This document shows, piece after piece, positions 1 to 13,481 of a DNA stretch of 37,083 bases; position 1 is the stretch's first letter; each line of letters begins with the position of its first letter. The notes below the pieces were generated by a model, which was not told the DNA's origin, searched no databases, and was given only the letters and a program-made list of their open reading frames with translations. This DNA comes from Octopus bimaculoides (lineage: Eukaryota): contig NC_068982.1 of the NCBI RefSeq assembly GCF_001194135.2, positions 72,756,199 through 72,793,281 of the forward strand, read 5' to 3'. The position numbers and the translations under genes were made by a program.

Positions 1-276
1 AGTTCCCGCTTAATTCTATCTCTTTTACGGTCGGCCGACCATGAGCATTGGACGTGTTAAGCTGTCTCTCTACATCTTTCGGACTTACGCTCGACAGCTC
101 GCTTGCAACTACATACCCACGTCCAAACAACTATGCTCACACACACAGAAGCTGTAACAACAAGAACTAAAGATGTATATATTTACCATCTAAATAAAGT
201 GTTGTTTAAGTTGATAGTCTGGAGTTCAGCGTTCTGTTATATTCTTTAATTTTATAGTAGGAAAGTCAGGTATACA
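1..276 (+). mobile_element. Possible 3' part of an LTR (runs off window start)
   Basis: CpG-rich first 125 bp against a CpG-poor background, AATAAA at 193-198, ends ...GGTATACA at 276; no PBS after it. Confidence 0.35.
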
Positions 277-605
277 ATCTAAAGATGTATAACCCACTTT
301 CTACTAAAAGTTGGTATGTTTGTTGAGCTGTCGAAGCATACACCCAAGTGTGTACATCTATTCAGGTGGAGAATTTTTGGAATGTCTAACAAACCTTCAT
401 TTATAGATTTGATTTGGAGAATCTGTGTCAGTTTCTTTTCCTCATTCTCTGAGGAACCAAGTATTTCTACTTTTTTTTCAAATTTGTTGGTACGCGTGTA
501 TGTATATGTGAGTGTGTGTATGTTTGTGTTGTCTTGTCTCGACACTGTGATAGCGATAGTTGTAAACGAGCATCACTGTTATACAAGCAATGTCATTCAT
601 TTCCA

Positions 606-752
606 AAAACATGTCTGACCATGAGGAAATATTACCTTGCTTGGAAATAGGTGAGGGCTGGAGACAGGAAGAACATCAAACCATAGGAAATCTGCCTCAA
701 TAAAATCCATCCAATCCACGAAAGTATGGAAAAGTGGACATTAAATAATGAT
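606..752 (+). mobile_element. RTE-tailed SINE 3' fragment
   Basis: ATATTACCTTGCTTGGAAA...ATGGAAAAGTGGACATTAAATAATGATGAT; related pieces near 7915-8030, 18528-18700(-), 19040-19190, 30195-30380(-) and 35225-35350(-). Confidence 0.65.
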
Positions 753-789
753 GATATATAATGAGTGTGTGTATGTGTGTATGTGCAAT

Positions 790-829
<40 letters not shown>

Positions 830-2289
830 TCACTACTATGGATCCAGTACTGATGTATGGTGGCATTAGTTGGCAGGAATTTGAATCCCATCAAAGGGTT
901 AACATGTAGTCATGACAACAAAACAAACAATAAACTCATAGCTGCTCCTGGTGTATACACACAATTCTATGTTGTCCATTTAAGTTTACTGACCAGTATA
1001 TTTCCAACACTGTTCCTTTTATTACTCAGCAAAATTTCCAGCAGACTTTCTAAATTATCTCTAGACATCTTAACATGGTGTTTTATTGTTCACCAGATAC
1101 TCAACACTGCATGTTCACTACACATTGGACACCTTATTGACAACTAATGAGCATGTGTGTGTATGTGTGAGGGAAAGAGAGAGAGAAAGGGGAAGGGGGA
1201 GAGGTAGGAAGAGACTGGAGAGAGATGAGAAGAGGTGAGGGGGAGAAAGGTGATTGAGAGAGAAACAGTAGAGGGTGAGAGGAGGGGGGGAGAAGCAGGA
1301 GAGACAATTGAGAGAGAGGAAAGGTAGAGGAAGTGTGGGAAGAGAGGAAGAAAGAGGAGGGAGAAAGCTGCAAGGAACGGGATGGAAAATAAAAGTGCAT
1401 AATAAATGCTGAACAAGGAAAATAAAATAAAACAAAAAAATAAAATTATGCAGCATGCTAGGAATGGTAGATCTTGATATGCTCATCTCAGAAAATTAGG
1501 CAAAACAGACAACGAAAACGAAAAAGGAAAAAAAAAAAAATCACAAAAATACTGAAGAGATGGAATGAGATGAAGAAGGGGCTTGTCAAATTATCATTGG
1601 CAAGAAGGCAATGATATTTGGGTTTAACAATGATAAACATGCTTGCACAATGCTATCCTTTCTTTTAATAGAACACATGTGCACACACACACACAAACAT
1701 TTTCATTTACAGATCATGAAGATGGTTGGAGTGTGTCTGTTTAGGCTGAAAATATCTTCGCAATGTGTATTTTTTTAATATTTATTTTATTTAGAAAGAA
1801 TCATCATTATCACCAACATCATTATCATTATTATTCTGCTTCTTTTGAGGAAATCCTCTTTATGTCATAATTTATTTTTAAATGTCTGTTTATTTATTTA
1901 TTACCAACAACTAACAGTAAGAAAATGTTTCATGCATTTGATCAGACAAGATTCTAATTTTTTAACGTCTAGCTTTAAATACTGACACACAACTACAACA
2001 TATGTCCAATCCTGTACAGATATCAGCTGCATAAACCTAACAAAATAGCTTCCATGCAGAAGACCATCTATCTAACAGCTGGGAGTGAGAAACTTTGAGT
2101 CTTTGTTTAAACATCTCTTTTAGAGAAGGAAAACTGATGTAACACTTGTGATTTTGTCTGCATCTAATGATGTTGACTAGTTCTTGTTTAGAAAGTGGGA
2201 CTGGCCATGTGCAAGACCTTTCCTCACTTTATATTAAAGCTTCAGGCATAGGCATCACTTGATTTTCCACATCACTGTTATATATTGCA

Positions 2290-2565
2290 TAGATGATGAT
2301 GAATATGGCTGATCGTAGCTGAAAAAGGCAAAACACTCAATGAAAAATTCCGTGAGAGAATGACGGCATGTGTCGGTATGGGAGGTAAGCTCTCTGAATA
2401 CCTACTGTAAGAGGTGCTCACCATTGCTATATTTGTGGGTGCAAAAGTGTGTTGGTCCCTGGCAGGGCTGAAAAGCCACATCCAAGCTACTCATATTTAA
2501 GAGCAGAATCAAGTAATGACTTAGCTCAAAACTGAGTTGCAGCCATCATCATCATCATCATCATC

Positions 2566-2567
<2 letters not shown>
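2290..2567 (+). mobile_element. RTE-clade LINE 3' end fragment
   Basis: C-terminal zinc-finger remnant HCYIC/(frameshift)AKVCWSLAGLKSHIQATHI*, followed by a short 3' UTR and (ATC)n tail. Confidence 0.6.
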
Positions 2568-2616
<49 letters not shown>

Positions 2617-3419
2617 GAAGAGAGAGTGAGAGAGAGAGAGAGAGAGAGAGACACTCCCAGTGGGCTTAACAGCAAAGTTTCAAAAGAGAAGTTATCATTA
2701 TTTCTAAACTACAGCACTGGGACTGAAGGTTTATAGTGAGGAGGTGGTAAAGATGAATTTAATAATGGTGGTGTAATGTAAGGGTAATGGCAGTGAGACT
2801 TCTAGTAGCAGTAAAGGGGATAAAGAAATAAGTGGAGGCTCATAATACAACTGGGGTGGGTTCAAAGACAAAAGAATGGTAATATATTATGACATGCACC
2901 AATAATTATGGATATATAATTTTGAAATATTTCTTTTGTGGAAGGGGAGACAGAAGCAAAGAGAAAGTCAAGCAGGCAAGCAGGCAAAAAGCCAGAAACT
3001 TCCAGCCCACAGGATAGTTATAGGAATGGCAGAAGGGAATTAACAGACATGTTGCCAAATAAAACTAACATTGAAGAGAGTGTGTGTGTGTGTGTGTGTG
3101 TGTGTGAGGGAGAAAGAGAGAGAAAGGAAAGAAGAATTTTTACACAGAGTCAATCCATTAGCTGTGTTGACTCAAGCATTTAAGCCAACCATACCTGGCC
3201 TAAATATTCTACCCATTTTATGTTCAAACTGGCCAGATCTTGCCTCTCACACCTGCCCCACAATGCCATTCTAAAAATAACAATCACACCATTGAATTCC
3301 CAAAGCTACAAGATAGTGCATGAGTAATTTAAAAACAATGTGAATAAATAAGTATTACATTTGACAGAGCAATATGTATGTTAGGTGATTAATGGAAACA
3401 GCTAAATAAGGTTCTTGCC

Positions 3420-3620
3420 CAGAGGTACTTTAAAAAAAGTTGTGAAGATTGTGTATGTGGAGGAAAATATCCATCTCCGCATCAAACTTACTGCCTCTCA
3501 GGTCATCTTCATTGCAATTGTGGAGCCTAACTTATCTACAAGTCACACTGAAGGGTACTTACACAGTTCCATATAAGGGTATCCAGAACACAGTCTTGTG
3601 AATGAAAAATTATACGATTA
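3420..3620 (+). mobile_element. Possible LINE AP-endonuclease remnant
   Basis: KVVKIVYVEENIHLRIKLTASQVIFIAIVEP...EKLYD loosely resembles the APE segment RxxxLRI..IIxxYAP..KxxFYD; degraded. Confidence 0.35.
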
Positions 3621-3626
3621 TACCTA

Positions 3627-3788
3627 CACACTCGGAGTGGTTGGCGTTAGGAAGGGCATCTAGCTGTAGAAACTCTCCCAAATCAGATTGGAGCCTGGTG
3701 TAGCCATCCGGTTCACCAGTCCCCAGTCAAATCGTCCAACCCATGCTAGCATGGAAAGCAGACGTTAAATGATGATGATGATGATGAT
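3627..3788 (+). mobile_element. 3' part of RTE-tailed SINE
   Basis: GTGGTTGGCGTTAGGAAGGGCATC...GCATGGAAAGCAGACGTTAAATGATGATGAT. Confidence 0.8.
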
Positions 3789-4225
3789 TACACCCTAGTA
3801 AGATTATTGGTACCTTACATTGAGATTTTCGCCATCTGCCAAAGAATTGATTCTATAATCACTTAATTGTGTCAGTTTGGATATGTTAAATGGATGCCCC
3901 TCATTAATTGTACATAATCTTGTAAAGCAGCTTAACTTGCACAAATTCAAGCAAACAAAACCTTTAATAACCCCAATTTAACAACATTATTAATTCATGT
4001 CTACTTATTAAAACTCTGCCTAAAAATAATGTGCCGCATAAAAATGTTCTAAATAAAATGCTTCCATTCTCAGTTATAAATAATAATGCAAATCCAAGTG
4101 ATCCATACTTTACACTAAATCCCGAAACCAATCTTGATTCCCATTTAGTAAAATCAAAAGGCACTGGATAGGTTTCTGTAATTCCATCCTAAACATAATA
4201 TTAGAAACTGATGAAGAGAAGGGAG

Positions 4226-4590
4226 TTAACTCTTTTGATACTACAATGTAAACTTGCTGCTTTAAAGTGATTTAACTTAAAACTTGCCTTTGAAACTTCA
4301 TGTTAATTTATGTTCCAAACACCAGCTTAATAACGATAAAATTATTTCACTAAATTCTTCATTATATTCAAAATTAATTGAAACAAAAGCAGTGTAGTTC
4401 AAAAGAAATATAGTAACAAAAGTGTTGAAATGATCTAAATTAAAATCTTCCATTAAAACTTCATGTAAGTTTCTGTTCCAAACACAAGCTTAATAATGAC
4501 ATGGTTATTTTTCTAAATTCATTATTTCCTAAATTAACTGAAATGAAAGCAGTGTATTTTAATACAAATTTAGTAACAAAAGGATTACAA
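4226..4590. mobile_element. Two tandem degenerate copies of the same piggyBac-type MITE family
   Basis: Starts TTAACTCTTTTGATAC; shares the internal TTTATGTTCC..ACAC.AGCTTAAT and terminal TAGTAACAAAAG motifs with 7220-7441, twice. Confidence 0.6.
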
Positions 4591-7029
4591 ACAGCTGAAA
4601 ATTGCTTTGACCAAGTGCAACAATGCAGTCAAAACCAAGGAGCTATTGCTGTCAACTCTAATAACTGACAACACCTTAGCTGTCATCCAGTGAAGCAACT
4701 GGAAATTAAGAGAAGAATCAGTGGAAATCAAAGAAGACACAGGTGACAGATACCCATCCAGGAGTGTCACATAACTGCTTTCATACCCATGTTTCAACTG
4801 CAGTAAATATTTGTGGTTCCTGCATGGGATTCTAAAAGCATCAAAGTGTACACAAGACTGTTGATGGAAACAGTAGGCTGGCTACAATAGACATCTAAGC
4901 AAAAGCAGCAGTCTACTACTGCATATGCTAACAATATTTTAAGGTTAAAAGACCCTAAAAATTATAAAACCACTTCAAATATCATCATATATATTAGACA
5001 TGAAGTGAGTGTGGGTAATTGACACTAACAAGGTTTTGTAATTGATTCAAATACTTTTCGACTGATCCAGTTCATTTAAACATCAGTCAGTCTCTCACTC
5101 TCTCTTCTCTCCCTCTCATAATTATATTTTCACTTGATATACAGTTATAACAATCTTAACTCACTTAAAGTGGAGGAGGAGTACAAAGGAGCAAGAAGAC
5201 TGTACTCAGGAATGAAGCAGGTGGAATGAAGTGTGTGTACAGAAATAGTCTTTACAATTACACAAAACAAGACAAGTGGGTGCTAATCATTAGACCAAAT
5301 TGCTAGAGTGGCAGACAGTTCTAAAAATTGCTCCTGTTAAGACATTGTTAGTCTGAAGCTTTGAATTCTCTTTCATCGACAATGTTCAAATCAATATGGA
5401 CTTGTTATTCATAAATTCTATTGTTTAACTCTTTCCAAATGAAGACAAGGTGGTATCACTAAAAATCATCATCATCATCATTTCTATGTCCACTTTCCCA
5501 TGCTTGCATGGATTGCACAGAATTTATCAAAGCTCTCAGATGGGCTTTTGATGCAAAATGCACAGTTGTTTATATCACTAGCTGGGAGATAAATCCCCAC
5601 CATCTCCAGCATTGAGAACACCAGATTTTGTGATTCCAACCTTCCTTGGTTTTGTCAATGATGAATGCTTGACCACTAGAGATAGCAGCAACTCATCTCC
5701 TTGCCACCAATATATAGAAAAACAGTGCCAGAACAGATACTGGTGTCATAATTAGCCAGTTAGTTTGTTAAAAAAATATATATTACTGGCAGAGGCACCT
5801 GAGAGATAATATTTATCCCCCTATTTGGGACCATCGATATTAAACTGACTTTTAGAACGAGGCGAAGAGTTAAGGGCTTGCTCCACCTTTGCCACAGGTT
5901 GGCCTGGTATAGCAGTACTTCCAGGATTCAGCCCATCTCCCACCAGGGAGATAAAAAAAATAAAGTCATGGTGGTGCTCCAGCATGACCGCAGCCACTTG
6001 GCTGAAACGCATAAATATATAAATAAATGGATGTTCTATTTGAACAAACTATACTACAGCAGTTACCACGAGAAACTCTCATACTGACTTTTGGTGCAAA
6101 ATGCACTCTTGATGATGATTGAGGGCAATACATCGCTGACAGTGATAATAATGATATTACAATCAGATATATCATACCTGCAATGCAGTTTGATGTAGCA
6201 GCAATTGTAACTGGGCAGGACCCATTTCCAAATGCTTGCAAACTTGAGGGGTGAGGGTGGGGTAGCAGAAGATAGATACAAGGTGATATTATTGGCAATA
6301 GCAATGGTGATGATGATGATGATTTGATTTCTATATAACTGGAAAAGTCATAATAACCTTGAGCAACATGTAATCAAACCCAATAAACTTCCACCTTTCT
6401 TCTCCCCCCCTCATCCCCACACATCAAGGAAGATAATCAAAACAACATTAGATCTTAAAATAATGGTATCAACAACTACAACCACAATGATAATAATAAT
6501 AATAGCATACAAATTCAGAAATAAAATACTTTTCATTGAAAAACAAATGGTGAGAGATAGATAGATAGAGAGAGAGAGGGGGAGTCAGTCTGTGAGTGAG
6601 TGAGTGAGTGAGTGTGTGATTTTTGTGTTGTCTCCTCTTTCCCACCCCCACTAATAAAAAAAAATTATTAAAAATATGCTCATGACTCATGAAAAACATC
6701 AGATTTCTCATAAATTTTTCCTCCAAGAAAGATTAATACATAACACATATTGCTACAGGCATATATTATCATCATCATCATGATTATTGTTATTATTATT
6801 ATTAGCAGTAGTAGTACCATCATCATCAATACTAAGGCGTTATAAATTTTATTTTTGGCTTATAGAAACGTAATAAACAATAGAATTACTTAAATTTTAT
6901 TATTGAAAAATATTCATGTAAACATAGAATAATATAGTCAAATCCTTACTTGTGTTGGCCATATTTATTTTTCACTGCCATCATAACACACACACACTTC
7001 AATACACAAATATATAAACATTTTCTGAA

Positions 7030-7200
7030 AATACATCGCCAGAGGTTCGACATCACCTTGGAGGATGCAGAGGGGCTGGCACAGGACCACCAGTGATGGA
7101 GAGCACTAGTAGACCCAGTTGGCTCGACATAGGGTGACACTAACTTGGAATGACCCCCAGTCACATCAAGCAAGAACATGAAACTGATGCTGAAGCAGAA
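7030..7200 (+). mobile_element. RTE-clade LINE ORF2 C-terminal fragment
   Basis: ITLEDAEGLAQDHQ*WRALVDPVGST* resembles the RTE terminal motif LAxDRxxWR. Confidence 0.55.
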
Positions 7201-7219
7201 GTGAAAATACATTCTTTAA

Positions 7220-7441
7220 CCCTTTTGTTACCAATCCAGCTGAAACCGACTCTGGCTCTGTAGTACAAATGTCTTGTTTTCATAAGTTCTTAATTAAAAT
7301 CTTCTACCAAACCTTAGTCACAATTTATGTTCCTAACACTAGCTTAATGATAACTAAGTTATTTTACTAAATTCTATGTTATATTTAAAATTAATTAAAA
7401 GAAACACAAAGCATCTCAAAATAAATACAGTAACAAAAGGG
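7220..7441. mobile_element. piggyBac-type MITE
   Basis: Perfect 12-bp TIRs CCCTTTTGTTAC/GTAACAAAAGGG flanked by TTAA on both sides (7216-19, 7442-45); no coding capacity. Confidence 0.85.
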
Positions 7442-8032
7442 TTAAGACACTTAAGTGTAAATACACTTCCTTACATAACAACCACAAACATACTACAAAA
7501 GACATATATGCAAATATAAAAACAGACACACAAACATACAAAATATATATGCACACAACTGGAGACACACCTTATACATTCATCTACATACATAAGTATA
7601 TATCCCAAACATACACAATACACATGCATACACTTAAAGACCCTTTAGAGACACAGACACACACACAATAGGCTGTTTATGACTGCCACGAATAGTAAAT
7701 CCCTGGATGAAACTCTGAGTAGACTGTCAACTTTTGATATGATAAATATATTTAGCCACTCTACCTTGTGTATTAAGTTCTATATCAGATAATATATTTT
7801 ACAATTCTTACATTATTGTATATATCCTAAACATACGCAATGCACACACCTGGAGACATCTTAGAAATACATACTCAGTTATTATGAAAGTACCTCAAAT
7901 AGACTGCGTAAAAATGTCTGGCCATAGAGAAATATTACCTTGCCTGGAAACGGGTGTAGAAAATCTACCTCAATAAACTCTTGTTTGTCTTGTTTGATTC
8001 ATACAAGTATGGAAAAGTCAACATCAAAATGC

Positions 8033-8074
<42 letters not shown>

Positions 8075-10193
8075 TACATATTAGTGTTTTAGTCCAAAAT
8101 GGAGATGAACACCAATGTTCCATGTGATAGGCTTGATATTTGTTGAGGACCCCCCCCCTTAACATGAAACCAATGGTAGCCTTAACCCCAAAACAAAGAA
8201 TTTTTATCCACCAATGCAATGTTGAACACTCATTCTCATTGTTCAATATGAATGTGTGTGTGTGTGTGCGTGTGTGTGTATATGTAGTCCTTAGACCCAT
8301 TAGATCCTGTCAAACTATCTGACCCATGCCAGCATGGAACATGAACATTAAATGATGATTATACACACACACACGATAGGCTTCTACACAACTTCCAGCT
8401 ACTAAATTCACTAACAAGGCAGTGGTTGACTGTGGGGGAAGGGGCATATTAGAAATAAAATGCCCAAGATGGTACACAGTGGGACTGAACCTGAAGCCCT
8501 GTGGTCCCATTGTGGAAGTGACCTTCTTAATCATATAGAATCACAGCCATGTAGAATTGAAGTGTCTCAACCAAAAGATGGACAAAAACCATAGCAGTGT
8601 CATATGGTCTAATCTGTTATCAAATTGGTTTACTTCACCTTTGCAATTCTCAGAATAGAGATCAAATTTCAGTAAATGTGGTGGGTCTATGATAGGATGA
8701 GGGGTGGAGGAGAGAGAACAACAACAACAATAATAATAATAATAAATGAACAAGAAAACCTGATACAGAAAATAACAAGATGATAATAAAAGAAATACAG
8801 CTAGAATTTTCCCATAAGACTATTATGAATTAGTATCTGTAACTAGATACCGAAGACTATTCATACAATGACTGCCAAAGAACTGCCACACACATGCACT
8901 CTGATACATATTCATTGAACATATAAATATTAACACAGATACACAAACACACATACATACACACTGCATAACAATGAAATCTTTTCTGGGCAATATTTTC
9001 CAGGACAGTCGTCCTTTCTTATCAATGGAACTGTCCTTGCAGTGTTAATTTTATTTCCATTTAAAAATTTTTTTATTCCTGCTCTATGTCTGATGGAAGA
9101 AGAATGAAGAATGCAGTTGATAATGGATGGATAAGCTGTTCAAGAATCAATGATGTTATATATTTGGTGTGAACTAGACTAATCTCCAGAGAAGCATCAC
9201 ATCTCCAAATATGGCAGCAACTGAGAAGATACAGACTTGTTGCGATACATGTTGCTGTTGGATTCTGTTGCAACGCTTCACTTGTTTCACCAAAGATGTA
9301 TTACTATCGGTAAATTGGTTCTACAAGATTATTCTTGTGTGTGCAAGAGCATGTGTGTGCATGTTTGCACATGCATGTGTCTGTGCATGTGTTTGTGTAA
9401 GTGCACACCTACGTGTCTATCTGTGAGTGTATATGGGTTTGCATGTAAAATAAGTGGTATGGGCATGATTGAGTAGTTAACAAGTTAAATTTGCAAGTAC
9501 GAGGTCCCAGGTTCCATCCTGCTGTGTGTGCACATATGCATATGTACATGCATGTGTGTAAAAATAAATGGTACGGGCATGATTGAGTAGTTAAGTTAAC
9601 TTTGCTACTATGACATTCCAGGTTCAGTTCAACTATGTGGCATCCTGGATAAGTGTCTTTTGTCAAAGCTTTGGGTCAACTCCAAGCCATTTGAGTGAAA
9701 CAATATGAAAGCTTGTTGAATGGATTGTATTTGGGCCAAATCTCCAGTTTGAAGACACCTTCCTTCCATCTTCCCACCTGTTTCAGAGGCCTTGTAAGAG
9801 GACATGGGCACTGCTTTCCTTCCTGACTAAAAAGTAAAACAAATCAATCACTTCAGTGTTATCTGCCTAGGGTATTGATTAATTAGAACAAGAAGGAAAA
9901 TGTGAAACAAGGAGTAAAATAATGAACATGTGATCCTTATTACACTGGATAGGCACTTTCACCACATTGCCATTACACATTAAAATGGCATCATTGCAGA
10001 GCTTTTTTATTCCTTTCAGTCATGAATTTTAGAATCAGCCTGTTGCAGACTAATGTTGAAATAGTAAAACACTTTAATGGATTCCATCTGGCTGATAGGA
10101 AAACTGTAATTCACTATGTTTCATATGTGTGTGCATGCACACACACACACACATACACAAACACAGACAAACAGAGATAACACAGAAACTTAC

Positions 10194-10233
10194 TTCATGA
10201 ATACAAAGAGTAAAATTACTGATGAAAATGTAA
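10194..10233 (-). other. Candidate 40-nt minus-strand exon
   Basis: Strong acceptor ctttctttctctttgtttttgtttcag and donor gtaagt; open frames TFSSVILLFVFM or YIFISNFTLCIHE. Confidence 0.25.
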
Positions 10234-11967
10234 CTGAAACAAAAACAAAGAGAAAGAAAGTAAGAAAATAAAAGAAAGTTTTAAAGGATATGTACTAAGA
10301 AATGTCACGACCTTTCGGTTATTTACATAATTTCTCATATATAACAAGTGAAAAATACCAACATTTGTAGCACTAAACTGTTTTGTTTGATTTTTACAAC
10401 TCAATGCATCTCTGGCTGCAGGACTAATGCAATAAAACTGCAGTAATTTGCATCATAACTCAACCAGATTAAATTGTGTTATTTTGGGGGGGAAAATAAA
10501 ACAAGAAAATGGTAAAACAAGATGGAAACAAGGCTGTTCATAGCAAGACATTAATACTATCTGGTTATGATTATAATTAGGAATATATATTTTTTTTCTT
10601 GAGCCTCAGGACACATACAACCATTACTTGGTTTCCATGGTGTGTAAGCAACTAAGATCACAACATTACCCCTGAATGGGACATGAGGCTGTAGCAGGGT
10701 TCAATGCCAGCAACTTTGAGTAAAAGGAACAAGTTGATCACATCAATTCCAGAACTTGACGGGTACTTTACTTTAATCAACCTTAGAGATGAATGGTAAA
10801 GTTAACCTAGACAGGATTTGAACTCAGAATGTACAGAGCCAGAAGAAATGTTGCTAATTATTTTGTTCAACATGCTAATGATTCTGTCAGCTCTCTACTT
10901 TAGGGATATAGCAGCTCACAGAAGAGAAAAGATTGCAAAATAGTAATTGAAGATGAAGGAGCTTCTAGTAACTCATTAATATTATCAATGTCCAACTCAT
11001 GCCAATATGGAATATGGATATTAAACAATGATGATAATATGGCAAGGCAAACGATGTGCAGGCTGTGAATGGAAAGATAATAGAAATAGTTTTTTGTCAG
11101 AAACTAAAATGGCTAAACAAGGCTCATCAACTAGAACTTTTGACTCAATGTCCAAGACTTCTCAGTTAATGATATTTGATAAACAAGAATGTTAAAAGGA
11201 AAATGTAGAATAAATGTATACATGCAGATATATAATGAAAATGAATTATGCATACCAACGAGAAGAGGTGCCACTAGGGATGTTAAAAAATAAATATGCA
11301 AATTTTCTTAAATATGTAAGAGGAAACCTGGCTGAGATTCGATCAGTTAAGCATAAGATTAATTTGTAGTAGATTTCAGCTAGTTTTCTCACTGTTCTTG
11401 TTAAATTTTATTAATTCTTCATCTACACCGTACACAGAAAACCTGCTTTATAAAGTTTTGTTTGAACTTTCTGGCCTCTGTCTCATTAAATCAGCTACTT
11501 AACTTCTCAATATAAGCAGAGAAGACAGAGTTCATTCCAGCAAATAGAAACTTCATTTTCCAAGTAACACATCAACTGATTGGGAATATCATACTTTGCT
11601 CATGGCCATTTGGGCTGAGAGGTGAGTTTTTAAAAGTAGGTGTCATGTATGGATTTGTCATGCTTAAGACCAGATTCTATGTCTGACACTGGCAATACTT
11701 TACACCTACACCCACCCCACTAAGGAAATGATATCAACAATGATAGTGGTTGTTAGGGTAAAATAGTTCTCCCTATAAGCTTGAGAACCAGCTATGAGTA
11801 AGAATGACCTTATTTAATCTTCACAACTGTAAGCAATATGTTGTAGGATAGTGGCTCATCAGTGTATAAGTGTGGTTCAGGTGTGAAGATAGTCACATAC
11901 TTTGTGTGTGACTGTGTTTCTACAAATGTCTTGTCATATATATATATGTGTGTGTGTGTGTGTGTAC

Positions 11968-12005
<38 letters not shown>

Positions 12006-12659
12006 GTTTGTCTCTGTATGTATGTACATGTGATCATGTCTGCATTCATTAGTGTTTGGACATCAAAGCATGCTTATGGGATTGCATGTGCACACTTTCA
12101 TGTGTGTGCCTTTGTGTGATTTCATGCATGATAACAAAATTTTTCAAGCATGCTATATTGTCTATGAACGTGTATATACCTAAAAAGTATAAGTAAATGT
12201 ATGAACATTTTATGCTTATTATATACGTGAATGTGCATCTGTATGTCTGAGTGTGCAGTTGTGTTTATGTGGTATACAATGTGGGCATCATGCCAATGTG
12301 TGAGTAGATATATTGCATAAATGTCTGAATGCATAATGCATTAGTATGAGCATGTAAATGTGTATGCAGCATTTAAATATTTTCACATAAAAATGCATGT
12401 ATGTATCCATGTGCATGCATGTGAAAACTTCTTTACCAATCAAAGGTAGTGCAACAGGAGGCCGAGAATAAGAAGGACAGGTTTAAGTGAAATGAAATTC
12501 TTCACATTGGACTATTGGACGCTCGGTAATGCAAAATTGATTTCCAAAGGGAATGTTCTAAAAATTAGACGCTGTTGAGTTTCATGTCCATTTTATGTTC
12601 CAAGCTAATGCAAGTAGGATGGTCCTGTCAATTTCAATGATTGTATTCACTTGGAAAGG

Positions 12660-12860
12660 TCTCACAACAATAATGCAAGAGTTGTAAAATATATTACCTG
12701 ATATAGAACTCAATACACAGGGTAGAGTGGGTAGATATATTTATTATATTAAAAGTCGACAGTCTACTCAGAGTTACATCAGGGGATTGACCGTTCATGG
12801 TAGTCATAAACAGCATAGTTCAGGTTGAAATTCAGTAGACTGTCAACTTTTGATATAAAT
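12660..12860 (-). repeat. Dispersed repeat with internal ~27-bp inverted arms; second copy at 7670-7830 (+)
   Basis: 12660-12815 is the reverse complement homologue of 7670-7830; arms 12739-12768 and 12834-12860 (AGTAGACTGTC.ACTTTT.ATAT). Confidence 0.7.
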
Positions 12861-12941
12861 GAAGGTATATCATTTGTTTTATATCTGTTTTTCCATATTA
12901 ATATGGATTAAATAAATATATTAAAGTATTTCTTTTTGCAG

Positions 12942-12982
12942 ATGAATGCCCTTCCTGTCATTAAACATTACCTGTTTTTCAG
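12942..12982 (+). CDS. Candidate short exon (MNALPVIKHYLFF)
   Basis: Acceptor tatttctttttgcag and donor CAG|gtaaga; no homology recognised. Confidence 0.3.
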
Positions 12983-13437
12983 GTAAGAGATTTCTTATTT
13001 CACACATCATCAAAAGTGCTATGAGAGCTGAAAATTTGTTGTCAGAATTGACAATACCACAGCTCATAGCACACAACTTCTGTGGAGTGTAAATGTTAAC
13101 AACACACACACACACACACACACACAATGAGTAACAACATGTCAAAAAATACTGACAATTAGAGCTCAGATCAGACCAGTTACCTAAAGTCCAATCTCAA
13201 ATGAAGGGAGGAGTCCAGGCAAATATGTGTTGGCTATAGGAGGCTCACTTCTGTATAGCTATTTCATAAATGTTTTGATGCCATTTACAACCACCTGTCC
13301 ATCTTTACCTTTTAATAATGTGTGTGTGTGTGTGTGCACATATATATAGTTGAAATTTATAGAAAAACAAAAGACGAAGACAGGTGCATGAACAACAAGC
13401 AAATGTATTAGTTTGATGCTCGGGAAAAACGAAAAAG

Positions 13438-13481
<44 letters not shown>

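Noticed and set aside
4207-4240. CTGATGA here and at 10219 and 29157
   Set aside because: No stem II followed by GAAA and stem III; chance heptamers.
5966-6330. Overlapping minus-strand ORFs with a CAG|gtatga donor
   Set aside because: No recognisable domain, includes an (ATC)n tract, and phases do not link convincingly to other candidates.
9445-9625. Short direct repeat resembling a repeat-spacer array
   Set aside because: Two degenerate SINE heads separated by (TG)-rich sequence; not CRISPR-like.
11805-11870. Minus-strand CTGATGA...GAAGA
   Set aside because: No GAAA, no stem I or III pairing.
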